NCBI GenBank assembly: GCA_036867785.1
Contig: CP145413.1
Span: 744,001-808,000 of the forward strand
Direction: 5' to 3'
DNA: 64,000 bases
From: Plasmodiophora brassicae
Lineage: Eukaryota
Positions 1-12,755 of the stretch are shown in pieces; the stretch's first letter is position 1, and the number at the start of each line of letters is the position of its first letter. A program made the translations under genes and the position numbers. Under the pieces are notes generated by a model. The model saw only the letters and a program-made list of their open reading frames with translations, made no database searches and was not told the origin of the DNA.

Positions 1-1773
1 TTCAAGCAGGTTGAAGCGAAGTTTGACAACCTGAAGCAGACTGCAGGTGTTGCTCACCACGCACTGGCATTCCAATGCTTGTACAAGGACCTTCAAAGAC
101 TTGACCCATTGTACAGACTCAATCCGGCCCGCTTGGCGGAAAAGTTCCGCCTCTCGTTGAACCCTGCGCTCTCCGAAGCGCTGTTCTTCTACAACTTCAG
201 AGACTACGACAAAGTTCTCGAGATGGCGGCTCATCTTGAGTCGAAATATCCAATCGCCGCCATCAACGCTGGCGGTGATGCAAGGGCACAACCCCTGACT
301 TGCCATTATTGTCACGAGGTTGGGCATTTTATTGCGTCCTGCCCGAAGAGGCCACCGTGCCCGCACTGTCATAAGGTTGGCCACCGCTCATCGCTGTGTC
401 CCGAGCGGTCCGGCAACCCTCTCCACGTCACTGATCTGTTCCTTATGACGTCTCCCTCAATACCACATCTGTTGGTATCGGTACGCCTCGTTATCGGCTC
501 ACGCCGTGTCAACGCTATCGCCCTGTTAGACTGTGGTGCGACTTCCAACTTCATCGACTGGTCGTTCTGTCGTCACCATGAAATACCGGTTCGCTCTAAA
601 TCGCGTGCCATTCCTGTTCGCGTCATCGACGGGCGACACCTGTCTCCAGTAACTCAGGAAACCGTCCCGCTACGTGCTACCGTCGACGGATGTTTCGACA
701 GCGATGTCGTCCTGAACATGATCCACTCGCCTCAACACCCTATCATTCTTGGGCTGCCTTGGTTGGCGGATACAAACCCAGATATCGATTGGCGTCAGCG
801 CCGCCTACAGCGCCGCGGAGGAACCCTCGTTGGGATGTCACGCCGTACAGGAGACGTCCATGAGTCTGGGTCCTTCGTCTCTTCGGCGGGACCATTTGCA
901 ACAGTAAAGCGCGGGGATAGTCTCTCAGCTGGGGTCTCGCCTCCTGCACGAAGCGTTCCTGCGCTTGCGTGTGCCATCCCTTCAGCTGAATCACTCGAAA
1001 CGTTGCCGCTTACATCCGTGTTTGTCGACGGCAAGCTGGCTTCTGTAGCTAACGACGACCACCCGGAGTGCCACATTGCCATTGCTGCCGTCGACGACAG
1101 GCCGAGTCCTTCCGCTTTCGATTATGGTAGCATCCCGGGGGGTCGCCGCCTTCAATGCTACTGTTGCCCCCAGCCGCACCGATCTCTTATCATTGACCCG
1201 TTCAGGCTCCGAGTCCACGCCCCTTATGTCCTCCTTCCGGAACTTGGGCCCCGTTCGACGAGGGGTGAGACGGTCTCTCCCGCCGCCTCCGCCGCCTCCC
1301 TCCAATGATGGCTTCCGAGACGGCCACAGCCTCAATCTTCTGATGTTCGCAACCTTTGTCGCCCTGACCTGGCTCCTAGTTGGGTGGCCGTATTTTCCAA
1401 TAGCACAGCTGTGTACGAGCGCCTCTGCGGAGCCCCCGCCCTTGAATGCGCCCGCCGAGTCCTTCTTTGCACATTTTGCTACGTTCGAGGATGACCAGGC
1501 CTCATCAACCTCGATCGCGTTTCTCAACCCCGATCTCATGTTCCTGGACGCCGCCGCACGTGTGTTTGCCCACAAGCTACATCGACGACAGAGTCTTTCA
1601 CCCCAATTCCTTAGCGAAGTTGATTTCGTTCATTGGACACCTGACGCCCTGACTCGTCGACTGGAGTACAGACTGTCGCCTAATGATGAAGCAGTTCTTG
1701 CTAGGCCTCACCAAATGCTTCCACCCAGACAAGCCCGCAGCCCGTTCCCGGTGCGGCTAAAAGGGGACTATTA
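1..1773 (+). mobile_element. Internally deleted Ty3/Gypsy element: Gag C-terminus, protease, hydrophobic spacer and RNase H remnant; RT and integrase absent; 5' end outside window
   Basis: ORF 79-1308 has two CCHC knuckles (CHYCHEVGHFIASC, CPHCHKVGHRSSLC) and protease [11 protein letters not shown]...IILGLPWL. ORF 1076-1894 has PDALTRRLEY, homologous to the 27791 pol. Likely +1 frameshift at G6 1137-1142. PPT AAAAGGGGACTATTA precedes the LTR. Confidence 0.85.
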
Positions 1774-1916
1774 TGTCACGACTGAGTCGTGTTGGCGACT
1801 CAGCCGGCACCAAATTGGGCTCCTTCGTAGCGCACTAGGTACAATAAACGTCCACGGCGCGGACCGACCTCAGTCGGTCAATCCGTGTGGTTGACTCATC
1901 GTGTTCGGTCGTCACA
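1774..1916 (+). repeat. 3' LTR (143 bp) of the deleted Gypsy element
   Basis: TGTCACGAC...GTCGTCACA termini after the PPT; AATAAA and a GACCGAC-ctca-GTCGGTC hairpin as in related LTRs. Confidence 0.8.
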
Positions 1917-2185
1917 TTGTAGGTAACGGCGAATGGCCGTCAAGTTCTCCACGCGTTCATCGGCAGAAGGATTGGAGCTACCGTGTTTGCAAGGACGAGG
2001 GTCGCGTAGCTGAGGGTGGTAGCCGTAGTTCGCGAAGAAGGGAGACATTCCAGTGGACGAATGGTCGACGTTATTGTAAGAGAATTCGGCCAGCGGCAAT
2101 AATGGCTCCCAGTCGTCTTGCAGGTAGCACACATAACAGCGAAGGTATTGCTCTAATATCTGGTTGACGCGCTCGGTCTGGCCAT
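1917..2185 (-). pseudogene. Gypsy integrase fragment
   Basis: [11 protein letters not shown]...[38 protein letters not shown], homologous to the integrase of the 27791 element. Confidence 0.85.
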
Positions 2186-5100
2186 TGAGAAGGACAATAA
2201 TGAAGTGGATGTATTACGTACGGCGTGTGCGGCGGACGTTACAGTGGCGACGTAGTCGCCGACGGTGTAACGGTTGCCAACGCCGGCGGGCACGGAGTCG
2301 CGGAGTGCGTGACGGCGTTCACGTGCTGCAGGCATGTGCTGCTGGTCGTAGTGGATACGTTGTTCGACACGCCCCCTCCAGCAGCACACAGCCTGGGACT
2401 TGTGTCGATGATGCCGGCCAGGAGCAGGTTCGCATGATATGAGGTGCTGAGAGCGGGCTTCGTGAGGTAGTCTGCAGCCATCTCGGCGGACGGGCACTTG
2501 TGGACGACAATTAAAACTGGCCTCGACGGCCTCCCGGGTGTAGTGAAACTGCACCTCGATGTCCTTCGTGCGATCATCCATCCGACGATAGCCTGACCAG
2601 GCCTTCGCGCCTTGATTGTCCTCGTATACGATCGTCGGACTGGAGCGTGCGAAGCCGATTTCGGTCAGGAATGACCGGATCCAGGCCAGCTGGCGGGTAT
2701 CAGCACACAGCGACTTGATCTCTGCATGTGTGGACGATAAGCTAACTTTGACTGCGCCCAGGTCTTGGCGACGTGACTGCCAGTGCACGGGGCCGCCAGC
2801 CAGCAGGATGATGTGGCCGGAGCGCGACCGTCGCGTGTCAGGGTCGGATGCCCAATCAGCGTCGGCGTATGCGATCAGACGATCTTCGGGCTGGCGTTCG
2901 TATCGGATGCCGTGCGTCATGGTGCCGGCGAGGTACTTAAGAACGCGTTGCCCCGCACGCCAATGCTGGATGCCGGGATTCGAGGAGAATTGGGCCAGTA
3001 CATTCGTTATGTACGCGATGTCGGGACGGCATCGATGGGCGAGCCATGTCAGGCAGCCAATAAGTTTGAAGTACGGCTTGGTCGCCATTTCGTCGCGGTC
3101 GAGGTCGCTTTGTGGACTCATTGTCGTTGATAGGTGAACGCCAGGCTGGTGCGGCGTGTCGACCGGATGACAATGCGACATGTTGAAGTCGCTCAACACC
3201 TTCTCGATGTACTCGGCTTGGTCAAGGGTGATGGCGCCGGTGCCAGGTTCGCGTCGGATGCGCATGCCAAGCAGGGTCGACGGTTCACCTTGATCGGTGA
3301 TCTCGGCCATCGTGGAGAGCTTCTCGAGAACGGATTCCGCGAACGGGACGTCATTGTACGCCAGCAGACCGTCGTCGGTGTGCACCGACATGATCATGAA
3401 CTTTCCATCGCGATCGTACCGGAAGACGCAGGGGTCCGCGATGATCGATTCGAATCCGAGTGATAACAGCATCTCCCGAAGCGTCTTGTACCAACGTTCG
3501 GCGCCTTGTTTCGTTCCATAAAGGGCCTTTTGCAGTTGACGAACTCGGTACGGGACGTGATGATCGGTGATCCGGCTGACGAATGTAAACATCATGGAGC
3601 ATGTCGGCGTTCAGGTATGCGGCCACCCAGTCGACCTGGCGAAGATGCAGGCCGTGCTGCGCCGCGAGCGCTAGGATAACGAGGAACGCAGTGGCACGGG
3701 CGGTCGGCGCGAACGTATCGTCGAAGTCGATGCCGGGGCGTTGTCGGAAGCCCTGAGCACAGAGTCGGGCGGTGAACTTGCGGATGCCACCGTTGCCACT
3801 GAGCGAGGACTTCACTCGGAACACCCACTTGGCGCCAACAGCGATCTTACTTTTCGGCAGGTCGATTAGCGGGCCGAACGTGTCCTTGGCGTCCAGTGTT
3901 GCCATCTGGGTGACGGCGGCGTCCCACCAGTGACCATCGAAAGGTGATGAGAGGGCATCGGCCATTGAGTTGGGTACGGGAATGTCGGTCGCTTTCAGCT
4001 TCGACAGGTCGGGTCGTGGTAGACGGGCTGGGTCGATCGGGGCGGATACCTTGGCTCGACATGCCTTGGCAGCGGCGCCGCGAGATGTCGGACGGTTGGA
4101 CCTGATGGCCTGATTGATCAGACGGCGCTCCTCAACCTGCTGCCAATGCCGGATCAGTCGGCGGGAGCGACGAGGAGGGCGCTGTGTCGGGGACGTTATG
4201 GTCGGATTCTGGAACCAGGCGTCGACCGTCGAGGACCACCGTGTCGACGAACGATTGGCCGCCTCCGGCGCTTTCCACCATTCACCAGGCGGTTGACGAC
4301 GACGATTCGATCGGCGAGGGCGTGGCACGTCGATGACATTGTGGTCAACGATATCAGCAGCATCGGAATTGTCGTGGACGTCGGGATCGGCAGCTTCGTT
4401 GGGAGAGTCGTTGCTGGACGCCGAACCTTCGTAGTCGGGATCATCTTCAGCGTCATCATCATCTTCGTCGGTGGATACGTCATCAGGAGACGGTGAGCGC
4501 GACGGTCGGACGATCTCGGAAGGCGATGACGCAGCGGCAGGTGACGGAGGCTCGGGAGGGGATGCTGCGAGAGAGGATGCTGACGTCGATGGTAGAGGTG
4601 CCATGACGGCGTCGGAAGAGACGGGCGTCGGGACGATCGTGTCAACGTTCGGCGCAGAGCTCGACTCGGGACTGGACGGTGGCGCTGATGATGAACTAGC
4701 AGGGCTGGATCTTCCAAAGCCGAATGTGAACGAGGTCTCCAGGAACTCGGCAGTCGTGCTCTCGAACGTGTCTTCCCGGTCCACGTCGTAGAACCGCCAA
4801 GCCTTCATCCCGGGCGTGAAACCGATGAACACAGCGCGAACACGACGAGGCTCCAACTTGCTCGGCTTCTTCGTGGCTGGATGTGGTCGCATGTCATAGG
4901 CATCGCAACCGTAGACACGAAGGGCCGAGATGTTAGGTAGGGCGCGACGAGCAGCCTCGAACGATGTGCGACGCCCGGGAAGGACTGATCTCGGGTGGAT
5001 GTTGTACAGTATCGCAGAGTAGGACAGCGGCCAGGGCCACGTGGAGGCAGGCATGCTAGAGTGGCACCGGATTGAGCTTTCGATACCGCAGAGCGTGTAG

Positions 5101-7417
5101 TTGACGCTTTCAGCGCGGCCGTTCTGCTCGGGCGTGTACGGGACAGATTTGCGGTGCAGGATGCCGGACTCGTTGTAGAACAGGACGCACGCCTTGGAGT
5201 TGTACTCGCCGCCACCGTCAGTCTGGAACGTCCGGATACCACGTCCTTCCTGGTTGCGAAGACGCGCGTCATAGTCCTTGATGACGTCGAGCGCCTCCGA
5301 TTTGCGACGTAGCAGATAGACGGACAGGTACCGAGAGGAATCGTCCAGCATGGTCTGGTAGTACTCAAAGCCGCCGACACCGACGACAGGCCATCGTCCG
5401 GACAGATCGCTATGGTCGAGATCGCCAACACGACGCGCGCGCGACGTACTGGGAGGGAATGATGACCGTTTGCCCTTGGCGAGTAAACATGCAGCGCATG
5501 GACATCGATCTTGCGGCCTCGGGATTGGCCCGTCGAACTTCATGCCACGACAACGTTTGTGCAGGATGCGCAGGTTGCCGTAACCCAGGTGGCCGGTTCG
5601 AGCGTGCCAGACAGCTGGAGCTGCGGCGGTGACCTTAGCGACGCGGCATGAGACGCTGGATGCGATCAAGGAGCAGACTCGGGCGGAATGAAGTGTGCCG
5701 GGCGCGGAGGTTGGAGCGGATAATGGAATCCGGTACAGGTTATCGTGTCCTCGTTGACTGACGGCCACTGGCTGACCGACGGGCGCCGTCCAGTTGGCCC
5801 CCGAGTAGATCTTCGCGGTATCGCCGTCGAACACGATCTTGTGACCTGATCTGGTGAGCTGGCCAACTGATACTAGCGCTTGGCCAAGTCGGGGAACGTG
5901 CAGCGAATCGATACTCGTCGCCTGGACATCCATGCCGAATGACGTCACGCCTCGACCGGAAGTGGTCGTACGCGACAGATCGGCTAGCTCAACTTCCGGT
6001 CCGGTGCCTTGGCGATAGCAGCTGAGATGTCGGCGCATGGGCGTCATCGTCGTGGAACACGCTGAGTCCAGTAGGCCTACTGAGTTCGCGTACACGTCGA
6101 TGGCGTGGCGTGCCGACAAAGCACGCATCGGCTCGGGCGCCGGATCGACCGGATGAGCGCCAGACGTTGGATACTCGTTGGACGTTGGTGAGGATGTATT
6201 GGTTTTCGCGTTGCTGTCGCGGTACCAGATGTGTCGTTGCAGCGTGCATTCGCCGTTAGTGTGCTTGGATCCGGGATGGAAGACGCAGGACTCGTTGCGT
6301 CGTGGTCCACGGGGACGCGTCGATGTGGCGCAACTGGAGCGGTTGGCCGTTTGGAACGCGTCGTGTCGGTCCCGCACGTCTTGGACCCTGATCTCCTCGC
6401 TTGTCAACGACCCGACGACCTCGGAGACACTGGGCAGCGTGTCCAGAGCACGATTGTGCAGGCCAGCGACGACGGCGTCGAGATCGGATGATGCGTTGGC
6501 CAAGATGAGGACGGCGACCAATGCGTCGGTGAGGGACAGCATCTCGGTCGGTACCGTCGACCGGACGCGATGAGCCGCTGCTTGAACTCGGGCGGCGTAC
6601 GTGGCGACCGACTCGCCGGGCATGTGCTGGACCGTGACGAGGTCGCGGACGGCGCGCACGACCGATGCCAGCGACGATGGGCTGTACGCCTGGAACAGCA
6701 CGCGCCAGCACTTGGCAGCCGAGCCTGCCTGAAACAAAGACAACGCGGACGCGATCTTGTGGTCCAGCATGTGGACGAGTACAATCTCGCGCGCGGCTGC
6801 CTCGAGAGCTGGGTCGTGTGCCGTACCGGTTGTCGCAGTCGGCGAGCCATCTTCGTTGATCCCGATGACGTCCGCGTACCCACGATTGCGAAACCAGAGT
6901 GCAGCTGTCTGAACCCAGGACGTGAACGAGTCGGGAGTACCGTCGAACTTGGGCATGGGCAGTCGGCCTGCGTCGCTTCGGCTGTGCGCCTCGGCGATGA
7001 TCGGCATGGCCGGGGTCGATGGACAGCTGGTCGGACGCGCCAGCTGCTGCTGCAGGACACGGAGACGGTCGATCTTCTCCTGCCTGGCGATCGTTGCCTC
7101 CGCTTCGGCAATTCGGGTGTCGATCTCCTCGAGCGACAGATGACGCAGCGGGTCGTCATCTGTGTTAGGCGTCGCCTGGCGCTCGGCCATGGCGAGTAGA
7201 GGCTTAGCGCCTGCGCCTATACGACTGTTAATCTGAGAAAGACAATAATGGAGTGGATGTATTACGTACGGCGTGTGCGGCGGACGTTACAGTGGCGACG
7301 TAGTCGCCGACGGTGTAACGGTTGCCAACGCCGGCGGGCACGGAGTCGCGGAGTGCGTGACGGCGTTCACGTGCTGCAGGCATGTGCTGCTGGTCGTAGT
7401 GGATACGTTGTTCGACA
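2186..7417 (-). mobile_element. Ty1/Copia retrotransposon copy 1 (full length, frameshifted)
   Basis: 184-bp LTRs at 2186-2369 and 7234-7417; PBS 7220-7233; PPT GGAGGGGGCG; near-identical to the intact copy at 16714. Flanks GCCAT/GATAC do not match. Confidence 0.95.
2239..7190 (-). pseudogene. Copia gag-PR-IN-RT-RNaseH polyprotein, disrupted
   Basis: Same protein as 16767-21722 but split into three ORFs by a 5-bp deletion near 3570 and an indel near 2510. Confidence 0.9.
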
Positions 7418-7956
7418 GATACGAGCATGATCATGATCATGGTCCTCAATAATTGTGGGCCCGGTTCTCAAATAATTGGGACCATTGCAACTGGTTTGCA
7501 TGCAAGTCATGGAATCAATCAACCTGGTTGTTATGCGATCATGCAACCACGGTTTATGGCGCTCCTCTGAGAGGCCATCACGCTATTCGATGGGTAGTCA
7601 CACAGGTGGCCTCATCAATATCGTTGTGTCACGGGACATTCGGCAGCATCCGTTAAGTCACTCGTCACCGCAGATTTGACTCTGGTCAGGGCGTTCTGAC
7701 TATCGAGACTCTGTTGCGCTGGGGGTCCACGCATCTGTGTCGGCCGCTGAGCTAGGTGAATGATACTTTTCGGGTGTATATGGACCGGGCTCCACCCATC
7801 TGGGTCGAGCGCCCCATCGCCGATGTTTTCGTCAGTTCATGTATCTCCATCTCGGCTGGCTGTGGCAAGGGTGTCCGTAAATGGATTTTCCACCGATTTT
7901 TCCCATGGGGTTACAAGGTGGTTTTTAGTGAGTATTGGGTGATTCCGAGTCTCACA

Positions 7957-8215
7957 AGTGGGAGATGCCGGGGTTCGACGAGAATTGGGCGAGGACGTTC
8001 GTGATATACGCGATATCCGGACGGCATCGATGGGCGAGCCATGTCAAGCATCCGATGAGCTTCAGGTAGGGTTTGTTCGCCATGTCGTCCCGTTCGATGT
8101 CCGTCTGTGGACTCATCGATTTCGTCAGGTGAACGCCAGGTTGATGTGGCGTGTCGACCGGGTGACAATGTGACATGTTGAAGTCGCCCAACACCTTGTC
8201 GATGTACTCGGCCTG
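7957..8215 (-). pseudogene. RT fragment of a diverged sister Copia family
   Basis: DFNMSHCHPVDTPHQPGVHL...HRCRPDIAYITNVLAQFSSNPG, with many synonymous differences from copies 1 and 2. Confidence 0.85.
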
Positions 8216-8948
8216 TGTAGAAATGGGCCGGCTATTTATGGCTCATTCCCCACATCAGCCTGACTCTGGTGACGTCACTGCATGACATCACCAGCTATTC
8301 CCCCACTGGCACCTCTGTTGACACTGTCACGGCTACTAGCATGATGCCACACAGGCCCAGTATGGCCTGTGATCCAGCGAGTTCTATTAAAGGAGTTCAC
8401 TATTCTGGGAAAAGACCTCAAAGCTAGCTTTAGTGGTTCTCGACCTTAGCATTACTACGAGACTTCTACCCAAGTTGCACATAAGCCAGTATCGGCATGG
8501 CGGTCAACGCACAAGTAAGCGACGCGTTCATGCTGCCGAGCACGAAGAAGCTCGATGCGCCGTCGATCCAAAGGCTGCAAGAACAGTACGACAAGTACTG
8601 TGCTGTCGTTACCGATCGGGAACGGCAGCGTCCTGCGAGCCAGAGGGTCAAGCCGCAGTCGGTTGTCCACTGCTTCACGGCCGCGCAATTGAAGCTGATC
8701 GCGTTGGACGAACTAGAGTTGGTCTCCGTAGACGACCTGACGGAGACCACTCTCAAGCAGTGGATGGTCGACACGATCAACGACTTGCGAGACGGCCATG
8801 GACTGCAGCCGTACGAGATGGCGGACAGGTTGGCGAGCCATGTTTACATGAATGTCAACCTGGCCACCTTGCGGGACATGATCCAGTCGGTGCTGGAGTC
8901 GCTCAACGAGCACGAGCACCGTCTGGGTTATGATCTGCGGTCCAGCGT
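8216..8948 (+). mobile_element. Truncated LTR element: putative 5' LTR (8216-8470) and gag N-terminus (ATG 8497)
   Basis: TGTAGAA...TTCTAC(C) termini. LPSTKKLDAPSIQRLQEQYDKYCAVV...PQSVVHC resembles the Gag N-terminus of the 39712-45047 Gypsy. Ends at a G16 run. Confidence 0.55.
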
Positions 8949-10299
8949 GGGGGGGGGGGGGGGGTGGTTTATCACTTTCTTCTCCTTATCGCAATACCGA
9001 TTCAACCGCATCGATGCGACCTAAAACGTCCCGGCACAGTACGACACGAGCGCTCTGCACATACTGACAGACACTGCGGAAGGAGCGCAGTGTCGACCTC
9101 CTCAGCAGGTGCTCCACAAATCCGTTGGTAACCCGTTCAGTGGACAGTCCATTACGCTCTGCCCTCTTCAAGCAAGCGTCGGAGCTCGGCCGCCTCTGCA
9201 AACGCGACCTTTCCCGCCAACTTTCCCACCTGCAGATACTCCCACAAGTACCCCCATTCCAACGGTCACCTGCGGCTGGGAGCTGATAGACATCCGACTT
9301 CCGGTAAAGGCGTCGACCTCGTTAACATCACTTTACAAACTCCCATCGTATTCTACTCACCCCTTTCCTCACTTACGTCATCGAAATCATCTCTCGTCCG
9401 TTTTTGCCCACTCGTCCACCGTCACCCACCGCACGCCGGGGCGCGTTTCAAATCGGCCGCCTCCACGCATTTTGCGGCGCTTGAGCCCGCGCCTGGGGCG
9501 CTTGAGCAACTACTACTCCGTTTCATCTGAGACCGATCCCACGGCGTTTTTCGTTCCAACAGAAGAGTCTGATTCGTGCATTCATGCCCGGCACTAAAAC
9601 GTTTGGCGCTCGAACGACGTCACTTTGGCACCTAGAGCCTGCCGTGCATTCTCATGAGACGTCGATTCCTTCCGCACAGCCTTGCTGATCTTTCTCTTGG
9701 CACTGCGGAGCGCAGATTCGTCGCAGTGGATAGCTACCGGAACCATGTTGTGTCGTCGCAGGTGCACTTTGTGTATGTGTGGATGTACTCGGGCAAGTTC
9801 TGTCATCGGCAAGTGTTCCAGGCCATCGGGAGAAGGTTCGAATCGAACTCTCGCTCTATTCCAGGAACGTTCGACGGTTGCGTAAGCGCTGTGTTCCTCG
9901 GAAGGTTCCGAAGCTGTGCGAGGGCATGGGCGTCAGCCATCGGGCAATCGATAAACAGTTCATTCCCATTTCAACTCGGTTCTGAGTGAGAGTCCCAATG
10001 TCTCAAGGCCATGTCGGGCGAGCATGGAGCGGTTGTCGGGCAAGGACCGAGGAAGAGCGTTTGGATGATGCTCGAGGAAGTCGGAGAATCGTTTGTGAAG
10101 GACTACATCACTGACCCTGTAGGGCCTGACCACCGAGACGTGAGTCTGCTGAAGCCCGTGATCCGCAGCGTCAACATCCTGAAGGCATGCAAGGCCAATT
10201 GGACAAAGGTGGTGAGGAAGTTGGGCATCGATGACAGGGACATGATGGTCATGGAGGTCCTCGTGGCGACTGTTGCCAGCGATGAGCACCTGAACGGGG

Positions 10300-12755
10300 A
10301 TTGGAGGAAGTTCTTTCTCGAGACAGAGCAAAGGGGTCGTGCAAATGGTTCAGAGGAGAACAGGAAACGATAACCACGAGAACGCCTGAGGTCAAGCCGA
10401 AGGACCTGGGCCTAAGGACAGAGATCACCAAGTACTCAGGGCCAGAGAAACCAGTGTGCTGGTGGTTTGACTCGTTCGAGGACATCATGCGCAGGTCCAA
10501 TGTTGGGCCCGAGCAGTGGAGCATGTTCTTGGACAATGCAATCCTGGACAAGACAGACTGTGTACGAGATTCATAAGAAACTATTGTACACGCGCAACAT
10601 CACCTGGTCATACGAGGAGACCAAGATGCACATGGCGACAAGTTTTGATGATGAAGCTGGAATAAGCAGCAAGGCAGAAAAGGTGCAGCAGCCTTTCAGA
10701 TCAGGTGGGAACCCATGATGATCATCCAGTTCTTGGAAAAGGATATCGACATGCCGGACCAGCTACAGATCAGCCTTCTGAAGGACAAGATGCATGACCG
10801 ATACCGCCTGTCGGTGGAGACGTTCCAGGCCGCGGAGGAGCTGTTCAGGTTCTGCATCAGGCAGGACACGAAGCACGGAGGCAAGGCAGACAAGAAGACG
10901 ATTTTACGAGGGAGAAATACATTCAAGAAGGCGCTGTGATGTTTACCCTCAAGAGTGGCAAGAAGGTCGACCTCAGCAAGATCAAGTGCCGACATTGCGG
11001 CAAAAAGGGCCACTTCCAGTTCATGAAGGACAAGTGTCCGAAGGCAGATGGAAGACAAGACCGCAGTGAAAACGAGGAGGATGGCACGGAGACCTCCATA
11101 GTTCATTGTAACGACTGAACGGGCGCGCTGGCAGATGGCGCCCCAAATGGCGCCGACACCCGACGGCAATAAAGTCCGAGACGACCGCGGACCGACGGCA
11201 GTCGGTCAACGCGTGAGTCAGTTGAACCTGACAGTTTGATCGACTGCCGACCACCATGCCGGTGACGCGGGCAGCGGCCCGGACGACGAGCGACGACGAG
11301 CCCGCCGTGACGACGACGACGGACGAGCAGATGACGACGACGACGGACGAGCAGGTGACGACGATTAAGCCGGAGAGACACACGAGAACTTGGACGCGAT
11401 CATCGCGAGGGCGGTGGCGGACGCGCTGCGCGAGCAGAGAAAGGAATTTGATGAGATGCTCCGACAGGAGCGGGCGGAGCGGACGCGGATGACAGCGACC
11501 GAGGAACACCTCGTGGGCGCGCGAACAGTGAACGTGACCGTCGACATGCAGCAGTTCTCGGGCGACTTCGAGGTGGACGCCATCGCCGCCCGGGACTGGC
11601 TGGAGGTTTTCGCCGACTTTGCGGGGATTGACTTGCAGTCGCAGGAATCCTTGCCGCGCCCGGCCCGCAACCTGCTGTCGTCCCGGCTGGTCGGTGATGC
11701 GCGAGGGTTCTACTTCGCGACGGCACCGACGACGCCTGCCGAGCTGACAGCGTCGCTGCTTAGCGCCTTCCCCGAATCGTCACCCCGCGCAGCCAAGGAG
11801 GCGCTTGAGAAGTTTCGCCGGACCGCGCACAGCCTGGACACGCACGTCGTGCGGTTCCGGTGCCTATATCTTCGAGCCCGCCTGCTGAACCCGCGGGAAT
11901 GCGACTACATCGAGGAGACGCTAGCGGAATACTTTCGCAAATCAGTGCATGACGCGCTGGGCGTCGAACTGTACAAATGGCAGCTCGTTACCCTGGAAGC
12001 CATGGTCGCAAACACGTGGAGCCCGCGTTCCCGTTTGTCCCGGCGCAGGTGAACCAGCTGGCGGGCGGTCAACAGACGGCGTTGCTGACCGAGGAGGAGC
12101 GCGCGCGATGCTTGCGCGAAGGACGCTGCTTTCGGTGCCAGGCACACGGCCACCGGTCGCGCGACTGCCCCCTCCGTGCCCAGCCGGGAAACGGGGAAGC
12201 GAAGGCGAAGATGCGCCGCTGTACGTGGTCAAGGACATCCTCGATTCGCGATTCCGGAACGGACGCCTGTTCTACCTCCTCGATTGGGACGGATACCCGG
12301 CCTCGGAGCTGGACATGGGAACCGACCGCCTCCCTACGGGGCACCGGGTGACTCGACCGCGCAATCGCAGAATTCCTCGGACGCTACCCAGACAAGTCCG
12401 GGCCAGGCCGCAGACGTGGCAGGAATAGACCGAACCTGATGTTACGCCAGAACGGGCGCGCTGGCAGATGGCGCTCCAAATGGCGCCGACGCCCGACGGC
12501 AATAAAGTCCGAGACGACCGCGGACCGACGGCAGTCGGTCAACGCGTGAGTCAGTTGAACCTGCCATTCATGGTACCGCAGCGGGAACAAGACAACAAGT
12601 TGGCAACAAGCAAATGAATGATGATATGGATCCAGGACGACGCGACGCCGTACCACATCTGCAATGACAAAAGGGCATTCACTCAGATCACAGGCCACCA
12701 AGAGAGATTACTTGGAGGTGACAAGGATTACAATGGTTGCCAAGTGGAGGGCATC
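10300..12755 (+). pseudogene. Degraded older Copia gag and protease, interrupted by the 11107-12566 insertion
   Basis: Knuckle KIKCRHCGKKGH; after the insertion, WIQDDATPYHICNDKRAF resembles Copia protease WxxDSGAxxH; many stops and frameshifts. Confidence 0.65.
11107..12566 (+). mobile_element. Non-autonomous Gypsy mini-element encoding only Gag and a chromodomain
   Basis: 127-bp LTRs at 11107-11233 and 12440-12566; TSD TTCAT (11102-11106, 12567-12571); knuckle CFRCQAHGHRSRDC; chromodomain LYVVKDILDSRFRNGRLFYLLDWDGYPASE. Confidence 0.9.

Noticed and set aside
7418-7956. Possible LTR ending TCTCACA at 7956
   Set aside because: No second copy, matching start or TSD in the window.
8949-10000. 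G16 run and following segment as a defined element
   Set aside because: No partner terminus, TSD or protein motif recognised.
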